NCBI GenBank assembly: GCA_001687465.1
Contig: LVLI01000327.1
Location: 1 to 64,000, forward strand
Length of the DNA: 64,000 bases
Source: Halocafeteria seosinensis
Lineage: Eukaryota
Direction: 5' to 3'
The notes under the pieces were generated by a model. It saw only the letters and a list, made by a program, of their open reading frames with translations. It searched no databases and was not told where the DNA came from. The translations under genes were made by a program, and so were the position numbers. The stretch's first letter is position 1. The number at the start of each line of letters is the position of its first letter. Below are positions 1-12,503 of the stretch, piece by piece.

Positions 1-3000
1 TGGCGGCGAACCGGAAGGTAGCGAAATAGAAGAGAGAACCGGCTCCTCAAAACTAAACTCCTCATTCTCGGGACTTGTATTTGAGCGTTGCCCATCAACG
101 ACGAGAAACCACTGATAGTTGAATCCAATGCCCGCTCCAATATCACAAGTTAGACGACGATGCGCTTCTGCAATGTTTTTATAGCATTCTGCACTGAAGG
201 TGAAGTTAGTATTCGTGTACCACACCTCTGGCTCAACGTTCGCGTCCCCGAAGTTGAAACCATGAATCTCAACGGCATCCTTGACACCCCTCGTCGGTAT
301 ACTGGGGGCCAGAAACACTAACTCTTCAATGCGAGGAGCAGCATAACTAATTCCTCGTACGAGTCTCACAGATGTTGAGCTTACCGCACTAGTGGGTCCA
401 ATGGTCACGGTGATATCCAAATCTCTTCCAGTTCCAGGAACAGCGTTACAATGAAGTACAGTATCATTAAGTACTGAACAGCTACTGCTCACGGTGGACT
501 TTCCTTGCTTGAAACTCACATAGCTTGGAGTGCTGATTCGGATACCGTTCGAATCCACTCTTTCAGGAGTTCCAAACCCCTTGCCGTACACGATGAAATC
601 CTCTTTTCCCTCTGTTGAAAATAAGGAAGGTACTACAGCATGAACGAGAGGATCTTCATAATTTCCAGGACTCTCACTGAGAGTGCGGTTGTACCTGTCA
701 ACAAAAACCGTCCACACCATCCTTCTACCCGATCCCGGAGGCACTTGACACGTGGCTTCGGTGTTTAAGTACTGACCATTCACCCGCTTTCGGGAGCATT
801 CCGAGTGCACTCTCACTAAGCCATCTTCTGACACAAGAAGGGCATAGATGTCTGCCTCCCTCCAGATGGGTCCAATATCCTTTCCCTTCAGGTTGACATC
901 AGTAAAGAGGCCGGGGGTATACGGCGTTGAATCACCAAGAGTCACGCGGAGGTCGTCAACGTCGAGAACGTGAGCGACAACTTCCGCAGAATCCGACAAC
1001 CCTGCATCGTCTGTAACCGTGACTGTAAAGTTGTGGGAGGGAATAGACTCATAATCCAGCCGAGCTCCTGGTCTGAGTATCAGCTTCAATCCTTCGAAGG
1101 AAAAGAGATTCGGTGTAGATTCTTGAGTGACGGAAAAGGAAAAGGAGACACTGGAAAACTCTTTTTCTCGATCCTCGAAAGGAAAATCCGTATCAACAGT
1201 GGTCCCACCCTTGGTGTCTTCACGAATATTGATCTCATAATGGCTTAGCACAAAACGGGGGGGCTGATTCACCCTTTCCACTTGTATCTCTACAATGGCG
1301 ACACTGTTCAAACCCCCTTCGTCAGTCACTGTAACTTGAACGTCGAAGCTCCGCTGGCCGTAGAAGTCCAATGGTACTGCGAGGACAAGGTTTATGAATG
1401 CAAACTTGCCTTCGTAGTTTCGATGACTTAAATTGAATGTGCCTGACGGAGTCGTAATGTTAAATTGCAATCTTCCCCTCGAAGCATCGTCCGGGTCCCA
1501 AGCAGTGATGTTGGAGAAAATCGTATCCCCAGGAGAGACGTCCTCCTTTACCAGGAGCGTGGAGGGAAGACTCGAAAACGTTGGTGCTTGCGGAATGTCC
1601 AGAAGACTTACGAACACTTGGCCGTTCGGCTTAGCGGTCAATCCCGTGTCATCTACACATGAAATTTCGAATTCTGTGGTGGCGGTTCCCAAAGTGTGAA
1701 ACTGGAGTCCTTCGGAAGAGGTGCTCTTCATTTTCCCAGAGAGTCGATCCACTGTGATAAGACCGTCTAAAGTGTTTGGTGTAGTGTCGAGCACGACATA
1801 TGTAACAGGACCTCGGTTGGGATCAACGCACACCAACCGGAAGTCGTCAAATACTCCGTTGTGCAGTTCCGGAATGCTAATATGGACGGGAAACGACGTG
1901 TTCCAGAAAGGAGGCTCCAACTGCTCTATCACATCGATATAAATAGTTAAGTTGACACTTCTTTCTGTAGAATCTGTTGCCATTACCTTCACCCAGAAGT
2001 GGGGACGAGATTGATCTAGAAACCAGGCTAAATTGGCCTCTTGGGAGTACAGGAGCTGGTTTCTCGAGCCGAGAGAAAACCGCGGCTGAGAGGAATCTAG
2101 CAATGTAAGCTGGACTACATCTCCAATATCCTGATCCTCCACGTTCACAACACCTATGCTATCCCCAACGTTGGCAAGACTTCCAAGAGTATAATTCTGC
2201 TGCGCAGGACGGAAAAACGGCCCCTCCGGAATGTCTAAAATCGAAATCCTGATGGTATGCTCCGAATCCAGAAAAGAGGGAACCTTTACTATGGAGAACT
2301 TGACGTCAAAATATGGCACCGACAGTGCTTCGAAATCTGGTCTGTAACCAGGGGCTACTAAAACGTCCATAGAAGTACCCGCGGTGAACTTGTCGGAATG
2401 GGTACGTACGAGAAGTGTATAGTTGAATCCCGGTGTGAGGACGTCTGGGTCATGAAACTCTATTGTTCCAAAGCTACCGTCTGCGTGTACAGTACCTTCA
2501 TCAGCTTGAAGTGATGTTGTCAAAATCTCAACAGGCTCAGCAACATCGAGCACAAAGACATCAACGTTTATGAGCGTCTTCTCTGGAGGGGATCCGGTGT
2601 CCTTCGCTTCAATGATCAGTGTGTGATTCTGGTACTGCTCGTAGTCGAGCGGCACATCAACAGCAATGCGAAGATGACCGGTGGTCGATCCAATAGTAAA
2701 GTGCTTAGTAGATGGCATGGTCCGAAGCAAAGTGAATAAAATGACGTCACCTTCTCTATCGTCAATACTCTGAGACATGTCCTGAAGTAAAACATTGTCC
2801 CGTAACTCATCGGAAAAAATGGGGCCGGGATCGTTATACTTTGGAGGTCGGTTTACCATTATAACGCGCAGCGTAATTGAAGTCTCTACACTCTTTCGCG
2901 GACCAGGCATTGAATCTGTCCCACCAACCAATGTTGCAGTCACGTTGATATAGAAAATAGTGTCATTGGCAAAGTAGTTAAATTCAGCGGACTGGGAAGT

Positions 3001-5929
3001 ACTGACTACTCCACTTGAGTTCACCGTAATTCTGTCATCTTTATTTGGCCCGACTGTAAACAGCCAAGCACTTGTTCCCTCTTCATAGTACTGATCAAAC
3101 GCTTCAATCACTCCGATCAAATTGCCTCCCGATATGGACTCTCGGAACGAAAATTCCCGAGTGACGATCTTTGGAGCCTCGCGTAATTCGATGACAGATA
3201 CATCAAAATGAGCTTCGACGGGTGAATTTATCGAGTCCTTGTACAACACTCTAATAAAGCGAGGTAACAAGCCGGGACTGTCATAGTCAAAGAACCTCGT
3301 ATCATTTACGGCAAGTATCCCGTCTGTTGTCAGAGTAAAAGCTTCGCAATACGTTGCCGTTGAGCACGGCTTCATTACCACCTCTAAAACTCCTGAATGA
3401 CGACGAGTTACGAAGGTGCCATTTAGTAAATCCGCCACAAAAACTCCCTCTTCCGCTCCTTCTATCACCTGTATTGGGGCCGATTGCTCCTTTGGAATCG
3501 GAGGACGCTTCAGCTCCTCTACATAAACCACATACTGCTGCCTCAAAATACCAGGTGATCCCTTGAAGTTGTCAGATACGACAATCGTTAAATTGTACTT
3601 GAAAATCTGCGGATTGACGAGCAAGTGTGACGATGACACAGTGACGTCACCAGAGCAGATACCCACTGAAAACGGGTGTGGGTCTGGGTCCACCGTGTCG
3701 ATTTCGAATGATAGTTCATCCCCATCCGGATCACTAAAGATGGGTCCCAAGGACGGTTCCAGTTTGAAATCAGCTTTAGCTTCCTCCGAAACTGAGCTAA
3801 CTATAGTTTGGCTGTATGGAGGCAACCGGATCGGTGGCCTGTTGACTAGGTCGACTACAACTGTCACGTTGCATATTCTATGAAGCGTCTCATTCTCTGT
3901 AGATACGATGCCTTCAACGCTTAGTGAAAATTGGCTGCATACGTCTCGGGAAAACTCCTTCCCTGCTTTCAAGAACAGAGCTCCGCTACGTGTAATGTCA
4001 ACTGGGATCTTCTCTGGGTCGTCAAACGGGACACAGTCGAATCCTTCCCTCGTAACTCCTGTTTTCATGAAGCTTTCCAGTATGTAACTCACGTTGTATG
4101 GTACAGAATTTCTGACTAGCTTGAAGGAATACCCCATTAAGGTATCATTCGAGACTGTGGGCATTTCTAACAGTGTGAGCTTCCCATCAACAGTGCTTAC
4201 ACCACAGACACTGTCCTTCCATACCGTTTTTACAGTGCGGACGCCATCTTTGCAATCATAGTCGTCGGGGCAAGGTTTACAGCCGGCTCTCGTACTGCGG
4301 TCTCCATCTTCAGGAATGGTATAGCCACCTTCGCACAGCCTTCGATTCCCATCCGAGCAAAAATACGTTGCTTTGGGCCTGTCCGGAAGTGCACAAATAT
4401 TTTGTCGAGGGCTAGTACTTCCTTTTGGACAGAAGAACCCATCCATACACTTTCCCGAACATGTTGGACTCGTTTGACCTTCCTCATCGCCGTACCGGCC
4501 CTCAGGACAGTGCTGTCTCTTCCCAGCAATGCAAAAGGAACCATGTGGACACACTTTCTCCTCGGACCGCGTAGCACCATCACCGTCTTCGGGTTCACTG
4601 TAATAACCTTCTTGTACCACCTTCCTCTCAAAAGAACCGCGAGGACAATAGTACATCTCAGGGAACTCTTTGTCCGATCCACATTTCGTTATATCGCTGA
4701 ATGACTGTTCATCTGCCGTTCCCGTACCTGCAAGACACAAAAAGCCTGGAGGACATTCGCCGCTGCAATCCTCGCTCGCCTGTCCTGCTGTGCCGTAGCG
4801 TCCCTTCGGACACAATTCTCCATCTGGTGACTGGTTTCCAGAGGAGCTACAGTATGTACCTGCCGTACAAGGCCCGGAACAACTACTTGAATTCGAACCA
4901 CCTTCATCCGCGTAGACTCCTGGAGGACACGGCACAGGAGCTGTGCTACCCGGAATTGCATATTTTCCGGGCGGAGCAAATGAGCAGCTTGATGCACCAT
5001 GTTGCCCTGAATAACGACCTCCGATACAGGATTTGCATTCTTTTTGAGCCTCCGTATCTTGGAATTGTCCTGGATCACACTGGTCACATTCAAAACTGGG
5101 AAGAACAGAAGAAAAATACCCAGCAGGACAGGAAAAGCATGTCTCCGTTATATTGACTTTAGAAAAGTATCCTTGCGGGCATAGAGCACAGCGTGAAGCT
5201 CCTTCCTCCGACGTGAACCCCCTCTCGCATTGACGACACTCCTGTTGTCTTGGGTCAGATTGATATTGTCCACTGGGGCACAGTTTACACTTAGCAGTTC
5301 CCTTTGAGCTGCTGAACCTTCCTGGTTGGCATTCGCTGCAGATACTAGCCCCATCGATGGAATCGAACCCAGCATCACATTGTTCACAGCTAGCTGGGAA
5401 CAACAATGCATATCAAAACTATAGCAAGAATTACATAAATACGACTACCAAACCACGCCCTTACTTGAACTGGTACGCTGTTGAAATTGACCCGCAGTAC
5501 AATCCGTGCACTGCGTTATCGCGTCGTCTGGCGGGTTGGACGAGTGACTGGAAACAGCTTGGAACTTTCCAGCCTGGAAAACAGAGAGAATAAATAGAAC
5601 AATGTTCAGTTCATGAGTTTATTACCAATACCAATGGTAGTCATTGGTGTTAGTGCGTCTGCGTACTTGGCAAAAACAGCAATGTTTGCTGTCGTCCACT
5701 TCCTTGTAGAACTCCCCACCCCAGCAACCAAACTCGCTCCAGTTCCAGCCTCCATCAGGGCAATTCGCTGCAAAAGGAGTCATACGTATTACCACACCTT
5801 ACTACAGGCTCATTGACCGTGGTTCTTACCTTTCACCGAGAGAAAGGCCGGAAAAACGACACAAGCTAAAACTAATACATGTGTTCTAAAGAACGACCTT
5901 CCATGGGTACCAAACATCTCCAGAACCAT
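1..5929 (-). CDS. Large secreted/surface protein: signal peptide, Cys-rich (ephrin-receptor-like/GCC2-GCC3 type) repeats, about 7-8 cadherin-like repeats, then IPT/TIG-like segments; 3' end runs off the window
   Basis: ATG at 5929 gives MVLEMFGTHGRSFFRTHVLVLACVVFPAFLSVK (signal-like), followed by three short GT-AG introns (e.g. 5768-5829, 5394-5464). The last exon appears open from ~5393 to position 1 (spot-checked). It has repeated CxxCxxGxF/Y motifs and cadherin hallmarks LDYEQYQNHTLIIEAKDTGSPP (~2600-2660), LDYESIPSHNFTVTVTDDAGLSDSAEVVAHVLDVDD (~960-1060) and FSDPDGDELSF. Confidence 0.85.
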
Positions 5930-6598
5930 AGCAAAGCATATTAGATTTCTGACGAAAACATCATTCTGATGTTTACATAAGCCCACAGTGAATGCGCTTT
6001 GTTAGTGCCCCGTTGCTTTGCCTGACACCCGCAGAGGTTGTTTTTGAGGCCGATTCCGCACCGACAGCAGGTTCAACCAGTTGTTGTAGTACTGACAGTA
6101 CAGTACTGTCACATGTTGAACCACATAACCGATATATGATAATGTCCGGACCACTACGATAGGAGGAAAGAGACAACCGAATGTTATGGGGAGACGTAGG
6201 CGGAGTATGGTACAACATGGTACCGAAATGTTGAAAAGCGGTTGCTCTCTGACTTAGGGTCCTTTTCTCTATTGAACGGAAAGCTACATATAGTATAGTT
6301 GTTCTAAACGTATATGTCAACGGCCCTGAGGATCCTGACCTAATTTGACCGTAGGTAAATTTGTAGGTTCCACGTCGCTTTGGTAGGTTCCGGAACCACA
6401 TGCACAGTAGCAATGCATAAAAGGTCAAATTTACCTGCATCAGGATAAGAGACTACTCCGTAATCTAAGGACCATAAGCGAGAATACTATCTTCCACTTC
6501 GATGTCGAAAGATTCTTGACGCCACCATCGTAATTCTCAGAGTTCAAGGAGTCATCTCCCACTGTCGTAGGAAGCATGTAGAGGGACTGACCGCAAGT

Positions 6599-8332
6599 TC
6601 ATTTCATCTCTAATTTTCCTTCTTTTAGAAACGCTTCATTCATTTTGATATTCAAAACCTTGCCGATATCATCCATTTCTATAGTTTCCTCCTTAGACGA
6701 CGTAAGTGATAAGCAAACAGCAGTTTCTGGAGAATTAGTTCGACCGACCCGACCGGCTCGATGAATATATGCTCTCACATCTTGGGGAAGATCGTAATTA
6801 ATTACATGAGTCAACGACGGAATGTCAAGTCCACGAGCGGCCATTTCCGTGGCGACGAGTACAGAGCAGGATCCAGTTCTTATTTGGTTCAGAGCTCTCG
6901 TCCTCGTTTTATTATTCCTACCATCATTCACAAGTTCAACGGTTGGAATTCTTTTTGCCTCCCTCAACCAGGACGAGAGTTCCACTGCTTTCGACTTCGA
7001 GTTAGTAAAGACTAATACGGCTTTTGGCTTTGTAGCGGCCATCAGTCTGGGGACCATATTTCTTTTTTGCCCGTCCGAAACACACTCAACAATATAATGC
7101 TCAGTGAGTGCTGGAATGATGCTGTTATCTCCATGAGGTCGTAGGGTAATAGGGTCCCGTAGATAGCGATTCGAAAATTTGGAAACTTCGGAGCTACCGG
7201 TTACAGATACCCAAATGTTCTGAGGAGGAAACGTCATCCGGTTGACAGACTTAGCAAGGGGCAAAAAGTCCGGTTTTGAAAACTCCAAGAGTAAATGATC
7301 AACTTCGTCCGCTATAAAGTACGCAAGCTTTCCCGTGGAAAGATGCTTCGGTATAAGGTTCTTAAGCTGCCAACGGAATGAGTTTGCTGACCATTTACAG
7401 TCAGGAATGAGATAAAATGCCAAGAGGACTTACTGATCGAGGCGTCCCTACTACAACATGAGGAGGGTCAGTTTTCAATGTATTAAGCTTAATAGCTGTT
7501 ATTTCTCCAGTAATGCGTCTCACAGATACTGTTGGATTGTGCTCGGGCTGTCGCAACCTCTTCTTCTTCCCGGGCTCGGTCAACCGTTCCAGTAGCTTCT
7601 GGACCTGTGCGGAGTGAGCCAAACTTGACTTATACCTCAGAGGCTACTACCGGAATGTGTGGTCTTCATACTTGAACAGCAAGTTCCCGAGTAGGGACGC
7701 AGATAATTGCGTGAAGTTTCTTCTCAGAAATCGCAGAAGGGGTGTTGCTGAGTTGCGATAGAACAGGGAGCACGTAGCAGAGCGTCTTGCCCGTTCCTGC
7801 GGTTTGGCAAACTATTTTAAGAATCATAAAGCAATTTGGTATAAAAAATTCAGAAAATAATCACCTGTAGGTGCGTGAAGAAGGACATCCTGCTTAGGCT
7901 CTTCCATGAGTTTTGACTGTAAGCAAACCAAGTTAAGTCGGGTGGCCATCGGCTTGAACACTTGATGCTGGGATCTTACAAGAGCTGCGAATTGTGTCGG
8001 CGTGGGCCGTCGATATCCGAGCTTCTCAAGCTTTCCTAGTAAATGCGATGGAACACCACATGTTGCAAACGTCGAAAAGAGCCGATGTCTGGAAGGGTTT
8101 ATGTGAGGGTAGAGACAGGTAACATAACTCAGCGAGAGCTGCAGGAAGCTTAAAGACCGTACCTGGGCCGCCACGAGGGTAAAAAATTCTGCCGGATGCT
8201 AGAGGAGCGCGCGGCGAAAGCCAACGAGGTGACATTATCACGGGGTTTCAATGTAAAGGGCCTTGTGAACTTCCACACGTCGCCCACCATTCTCCTCCAC
8301 ACTATTCCCGTAAGTCTCACCAACAGTGTCAT
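6599..8332 (-). CDS. DEAD-box RNA helicase with an N-terminal presequence-like extension (probably organellar)
   Basis: Spliced model has Q-motif (LGYRRPTPTQ), APTGTGKT, PTRELAVQ, VVGTP, DEVD, SVT (motif III variant), ARGLDIP and YIHRAGRVGR. A phase-2 intron links ORF 8150..8389 to 7824..8174. The start could instead be 8389. Confidence 0.9.
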
Positions 8333-8732
8333 TTTCACCTTATCACACGACAGTATTACACAGTAGAGGATCTTATGGAAACACCCCACTCTTCCATCTT
8401 CTGGTAATAAAGTATCTATCCACCTCGACGACCTCGTTGAGATCAGCGGCTGCGACTCAGTCGGAAAAGTCGAACAAAAGTATGGCGTCTTGCCTTAACT
8501 GTAGATTGCAGTCTGCAATTGATTTAACAGCTGAGCGTATGAGTCGAATTATGATGGAAGGAATTTTGGGTTTCTTGTGATATGATACAGTGACTTGCAG
8601 CGTTCCACGTACATGAACAGCTTTTACTAACTGCTTGTGAGGTGCGAGAGTAAACGGTCTGAAAATTCAACGTCGCATTCAGTGCTTCGCGGGACGAGGT
8701 AGTGGAACTTTTAACTGTGTATCTCGCGCAAA

Positions 8733-10973
8733 ATGTCGCTTACGATTGCCGAAGAAGAGGAAGAGCATGAGTTAGAAAGTATTGGAGAGGACGAGGAGGA
8801 AGAGGCGGCTTCCGAAACTGAATCAGTGCAGCCGGAGCAACTTAATGAGGACTTGTTTGATGCAGTCAAGTCTAATGAGTATGAAAAGACTGCAGAAATC
8901 ATACGCCGAGGAGGAGATTGTAGTGCACGGGATGAGTCTAATTGGACTCCACTGCTTTGGGCGGCGTACTTTGGATATGAAAATGTACGACGTTGTGAAG
9001 CCACGAATTGCATAACTTGAGGACGCAAATATGGTTCCTTGTAATGCAATGCAGATAGTTGACTGCTTACTGAATGCGGGTGCTGGAGAAGAGTACAAGT
9101 CAGTGTCTGCCGAAATCTTGAACCAGAGTCAAAACTCGGACGAAGACGAAGCAGGAGGGGCGACTGCTTCTCGAAGGCAGATCAACTCACCGATGCACTG
9201 GGCTTGCTACAAGGTACGCTACAATTGTGGATGTTATCATTCCCAAAAAAGATCACTAGTTGGTATCCTGTCATTATTCAGGGTCATTTGCATTGCGTGT
9301 GGTTGTTGATAAATGGTCAATTGTCGACAACGGATATTGACCAAACCGGCAATGATTCCTTGCATCTTGCCGCTGCTGCCTCGCACAAGGGCGTCGTCGT
9401 TTCACTGATGTATGCTGGCGTAGACTTGTTTGCTCGGAATTTCAATGGAAATACGGCCTTAGATTTAGCCACGGACAGGGAGGTTAGGTACATTCTCCAA
9501 AAAGCTATGAAACAAAAGTGCTGCGCTGGAACGGGAAGGGAATTCGGCTTACATGAACTGCGCTATCAGTGTCACTGTAACCAGCTCATGTACACTGAAG
9601 AGTGTAGTAACCCTACGCAAGTACCGGCTTACCCCGAATCTGACATTATGATGCCTGTTCGGTTTTATACGGATTCAGAATACAAGGTCCAAGATGCTGA
9701 ATCTGCGCTGCTTGGTGCAATGAGAATGAAGGATCAAACAGAAATCCCTCAAACAGTGGATCCACATTCCCCCGACGAGGCTCTGGGAGAAACTTGGGAT
9801 GATTCTGTCGGACAAGTTGTGCCGGAAAAGAGTGAGGGCGAAGACGAGAGTGAATTACGTGAGAGTGACCTGGAGCCATTGAAGAAAGCAATCGCTGCCG
9901 CCGAGGAAGTGAACGCATCGGTGAAGTTAATTTCTCAAGGGAAGAAAGCCCAGAAGCGCTTGGAAACGTGGTTAGTTTTGAAGGATGAACTTAGTCGGCT
10001 AAACAAACAGCGTCCTCTTAAAAGTCGGTCGCAAACTGATTCACTTAGGTCAGCAATCTACCATGCACAAGTGGCAGGCGTGGCGGAGAAAAGAATTTTA
10101 CTAGCGCAAAACACTCTGCGAACAGCATTGGCAGAAATCCGACTACAAGGTATTATTTCTGTGTGTAAGCGTATTGAATTCGCTACACATGAATTTGATG
10201 GCGACATTAAGAATCTGGAGGGTTGCTTGGATGAAATTGGTGATCAGAAAGGGAGTGATCTGGTATCAGAGGGTACCAATTTACTGCGGCGTCTAAAAGC
10301 TGAAATAGACATGTCAGATTTCTATGATGAGTCGAAAGAGTATCTTACCAAGATGAAGGAATCCCTGAAGAGTTTTCCCGATCAAATTCAAGCACTCCCA
10401 AAATTTGAAGCCTGCGAAGTTACGGAAGAAGCCCAGAAGGAAGATATAGAGACTCCAGCTGAAATGTATGCGTTGCTCCCGGAAAAGGAGGTTCTCTTGA
10501 ATCCGCATAGGTCATTTCCAAACGACCCAGCAGGAGATACATGGTTGGCTGGGAAGTACATGCTCCCAACTGAGGAGAGTCCGGAAGATACTAAGAAAGG
10601 GAAAGGTGATAAGAGGGCATCAAGCGCTGGTAAAGGAACTAACCGGGCAGGAAGTGCAGGCAAAAGTTCGCAGAATGCGAATGAAGCTGCTCAAGAGGAG
10701 AAAATTCTAACCTTCCCGCCGGACACAGAACAACTGGAACACATTAGAGTGATGAAGAGACTACTATGGCGTGCTGGGTTGTCGTTTAAAGTTGCACGGA
10801 ATTGTGGGGTGAACGAATCACTCGTGGAAGAACGGCAAAATGAAATTGAGATTCAGGACGATGTAGTAGAATACGCAAAATCTGACCATTTGGAAAAACT
10901 GGAAGCAGCCGAAATTGCTATCCAGAAGAAGTCCAAGAAAGGGAAGGGGAAGGGGAAGGGAAAAAAGAAGTAA
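8733..10973 (+). CDS. Ankyrin-repeat protein with long helical C-terminal region and Lys-Gly-rich tail
   Basis: ANK motifs WTPLLWAAYFG, SPMHWACYKGH, GNDSLHLAA and GNTALDLA across two short introns (~8985-9054, ~9213-9281). Ends KKGKGKGKGKKK. Confidence 0.85.
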
Positions 10974-11552
10974 GGAGAATTGCACAATCCCGTATCCCTT
11001 GTGACTGTAACTTGTGACTAGAATATCTTCGTTCGTCCCTCGAATCGAACACATGCTCGGTCAGCTTCGGATAGTATTAACGCGAATGATTGAGCCGTCT
11101 TCCAAGAGTTGCCTGACACTGCAAACAAGAACCCAATGAACAAGAAAACATTCTTCAATGCGCTAAAACATGGTGTATTTACTTTTATTACCATATGGTA
11201 TTCTTAGTACTGGCGCCAGACTTCGCGACGCCTTAAGACTCTAGGTTAAGAGTTCCAAGTTCGAGGGGACTTCACCACAACTTCAACTTGAACTGGAATC
11301 AAAAATGACGTGTTGGGGCGCACACGACCTGTACACGTCAAGTAGCCTTCAGAGTTGTTATGCCAACAAGTATGTCTTCTCCCCTGTGTTTAATTCGGAA
11401 GAAATATTGTGTATAGCAACATCAGCAATTCTTGTTGCTCCGTGAAAAGCCAACGGCACTCTGCTTCAACTTGAACCTCCGTGCAGAACAACCGCCGACG
11501 GTAATACGAGAAGCCCCTCAAGGGATTTTGGACCACGGCTTAGTTTCCGAAA

Positions 11553-12489
11553 ATGAGCGTCCCTAGCACTTTCTCGGCGGGGCACACCCGCCTTGTACGG
11601 ACCCTTTACAAGCAGTTGATGCGCCAGGCGCGTGCGTTCGATGAATGCTTGAAGCAAAAACAGATGTCGATCTATCCGGAACTGGCTAAGATGACAGTGC
11701 CTAATACTTCGATTTACTTCGAAAGATCCAACTCTGGATCTCCGACCTCTTACACAACCGCAGAGCAGGTTGTGAGGACACAATTTCGCTCCTTCCAGCA
11801 CTTTACCGATGCAGAAGATGTCAACGAGCTGTTGGCGATGTCCTTCCGCGCTCTAAGGTAGGTTCTCTGTGTGCAGTTTGTGCTAAAAAGTGCTCTAATT
11901 ATCTATGTCGCCTTACAGACAAATGCAACATCGGCAAAAGAGTCTGGTCGAGAATGACTTTAGTAGAAGGCCGGCAAACTTGCAATATCATGTTGGTCAA
12001 GTAGCAGTGCATCGATTACACGGGTACAAATGCGTGATATACGGATGGGACGAATGGTGCAATCAATCCGAAGAATGGATTCTACAAATGGGGATAGATC
12101 GATTAAAGAAAGGGAGAAACCAACCGTTCTACCATTGCTTAGCCGACCTAAGGGATAGGGCGGAACCAGCTTTGACATACGTTGCTCAGGATAACATCGT
12201 CCCCGTGGCTCCAGACAGTCCTGTGTACCATCCCATGGCTGAGAAATTCTTCTCCCAGTTTATCAACTCAGTAGGTTACGTGCCTCAAGAGTTCGTGCAT
12301 TATGAGTATCCCGAGGATTCTTGTTTAGCCTTCTCGGTTGAAGAATTACAACACAATGAAGAGGGTATGGAAGATGCCCCGCTATGGAGCACAGAAGAAT
12401 CTCCACTTCCCGGTATATCACATAAAGAGGGTGAAGCTGGAGAGGACGAAGAGAGCATAAGTTCGATGAATAAAAGAAATGAAAGATGA
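11553..12489 (+). CDS. LYR-motif-like N-terminus fused to an HspQ/YccV-like (hemimethylated DNA-binding family) domain
   Basis: Exon 1: VRTLYKQLMRQARAF...VRTQFRSFQHFTDAEDVNELL. Intron 11858-11919. Exon 2: YHVGQVAVHRLHGYKCVIYGWD...QPFYHCLAD...TYVAQDNI, a typical YccV/HspQ pattern. Confidence 0.85.
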
Positions 12490-12503
12490 AATTTTTCGTC
12501 AGC

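Noticed and set aside
970..5816. Many short ORFs on either strand in the ORF track
   Set aside because: They are antisense or off-frame shadows of the long minus-strand cadherin gene.
5973..6440. 155-aa minus-strand ORF upstream of the cadherin gene
   Set aside because: No motifs and no splice link to the neighbouring genes. Treated as intergenic.
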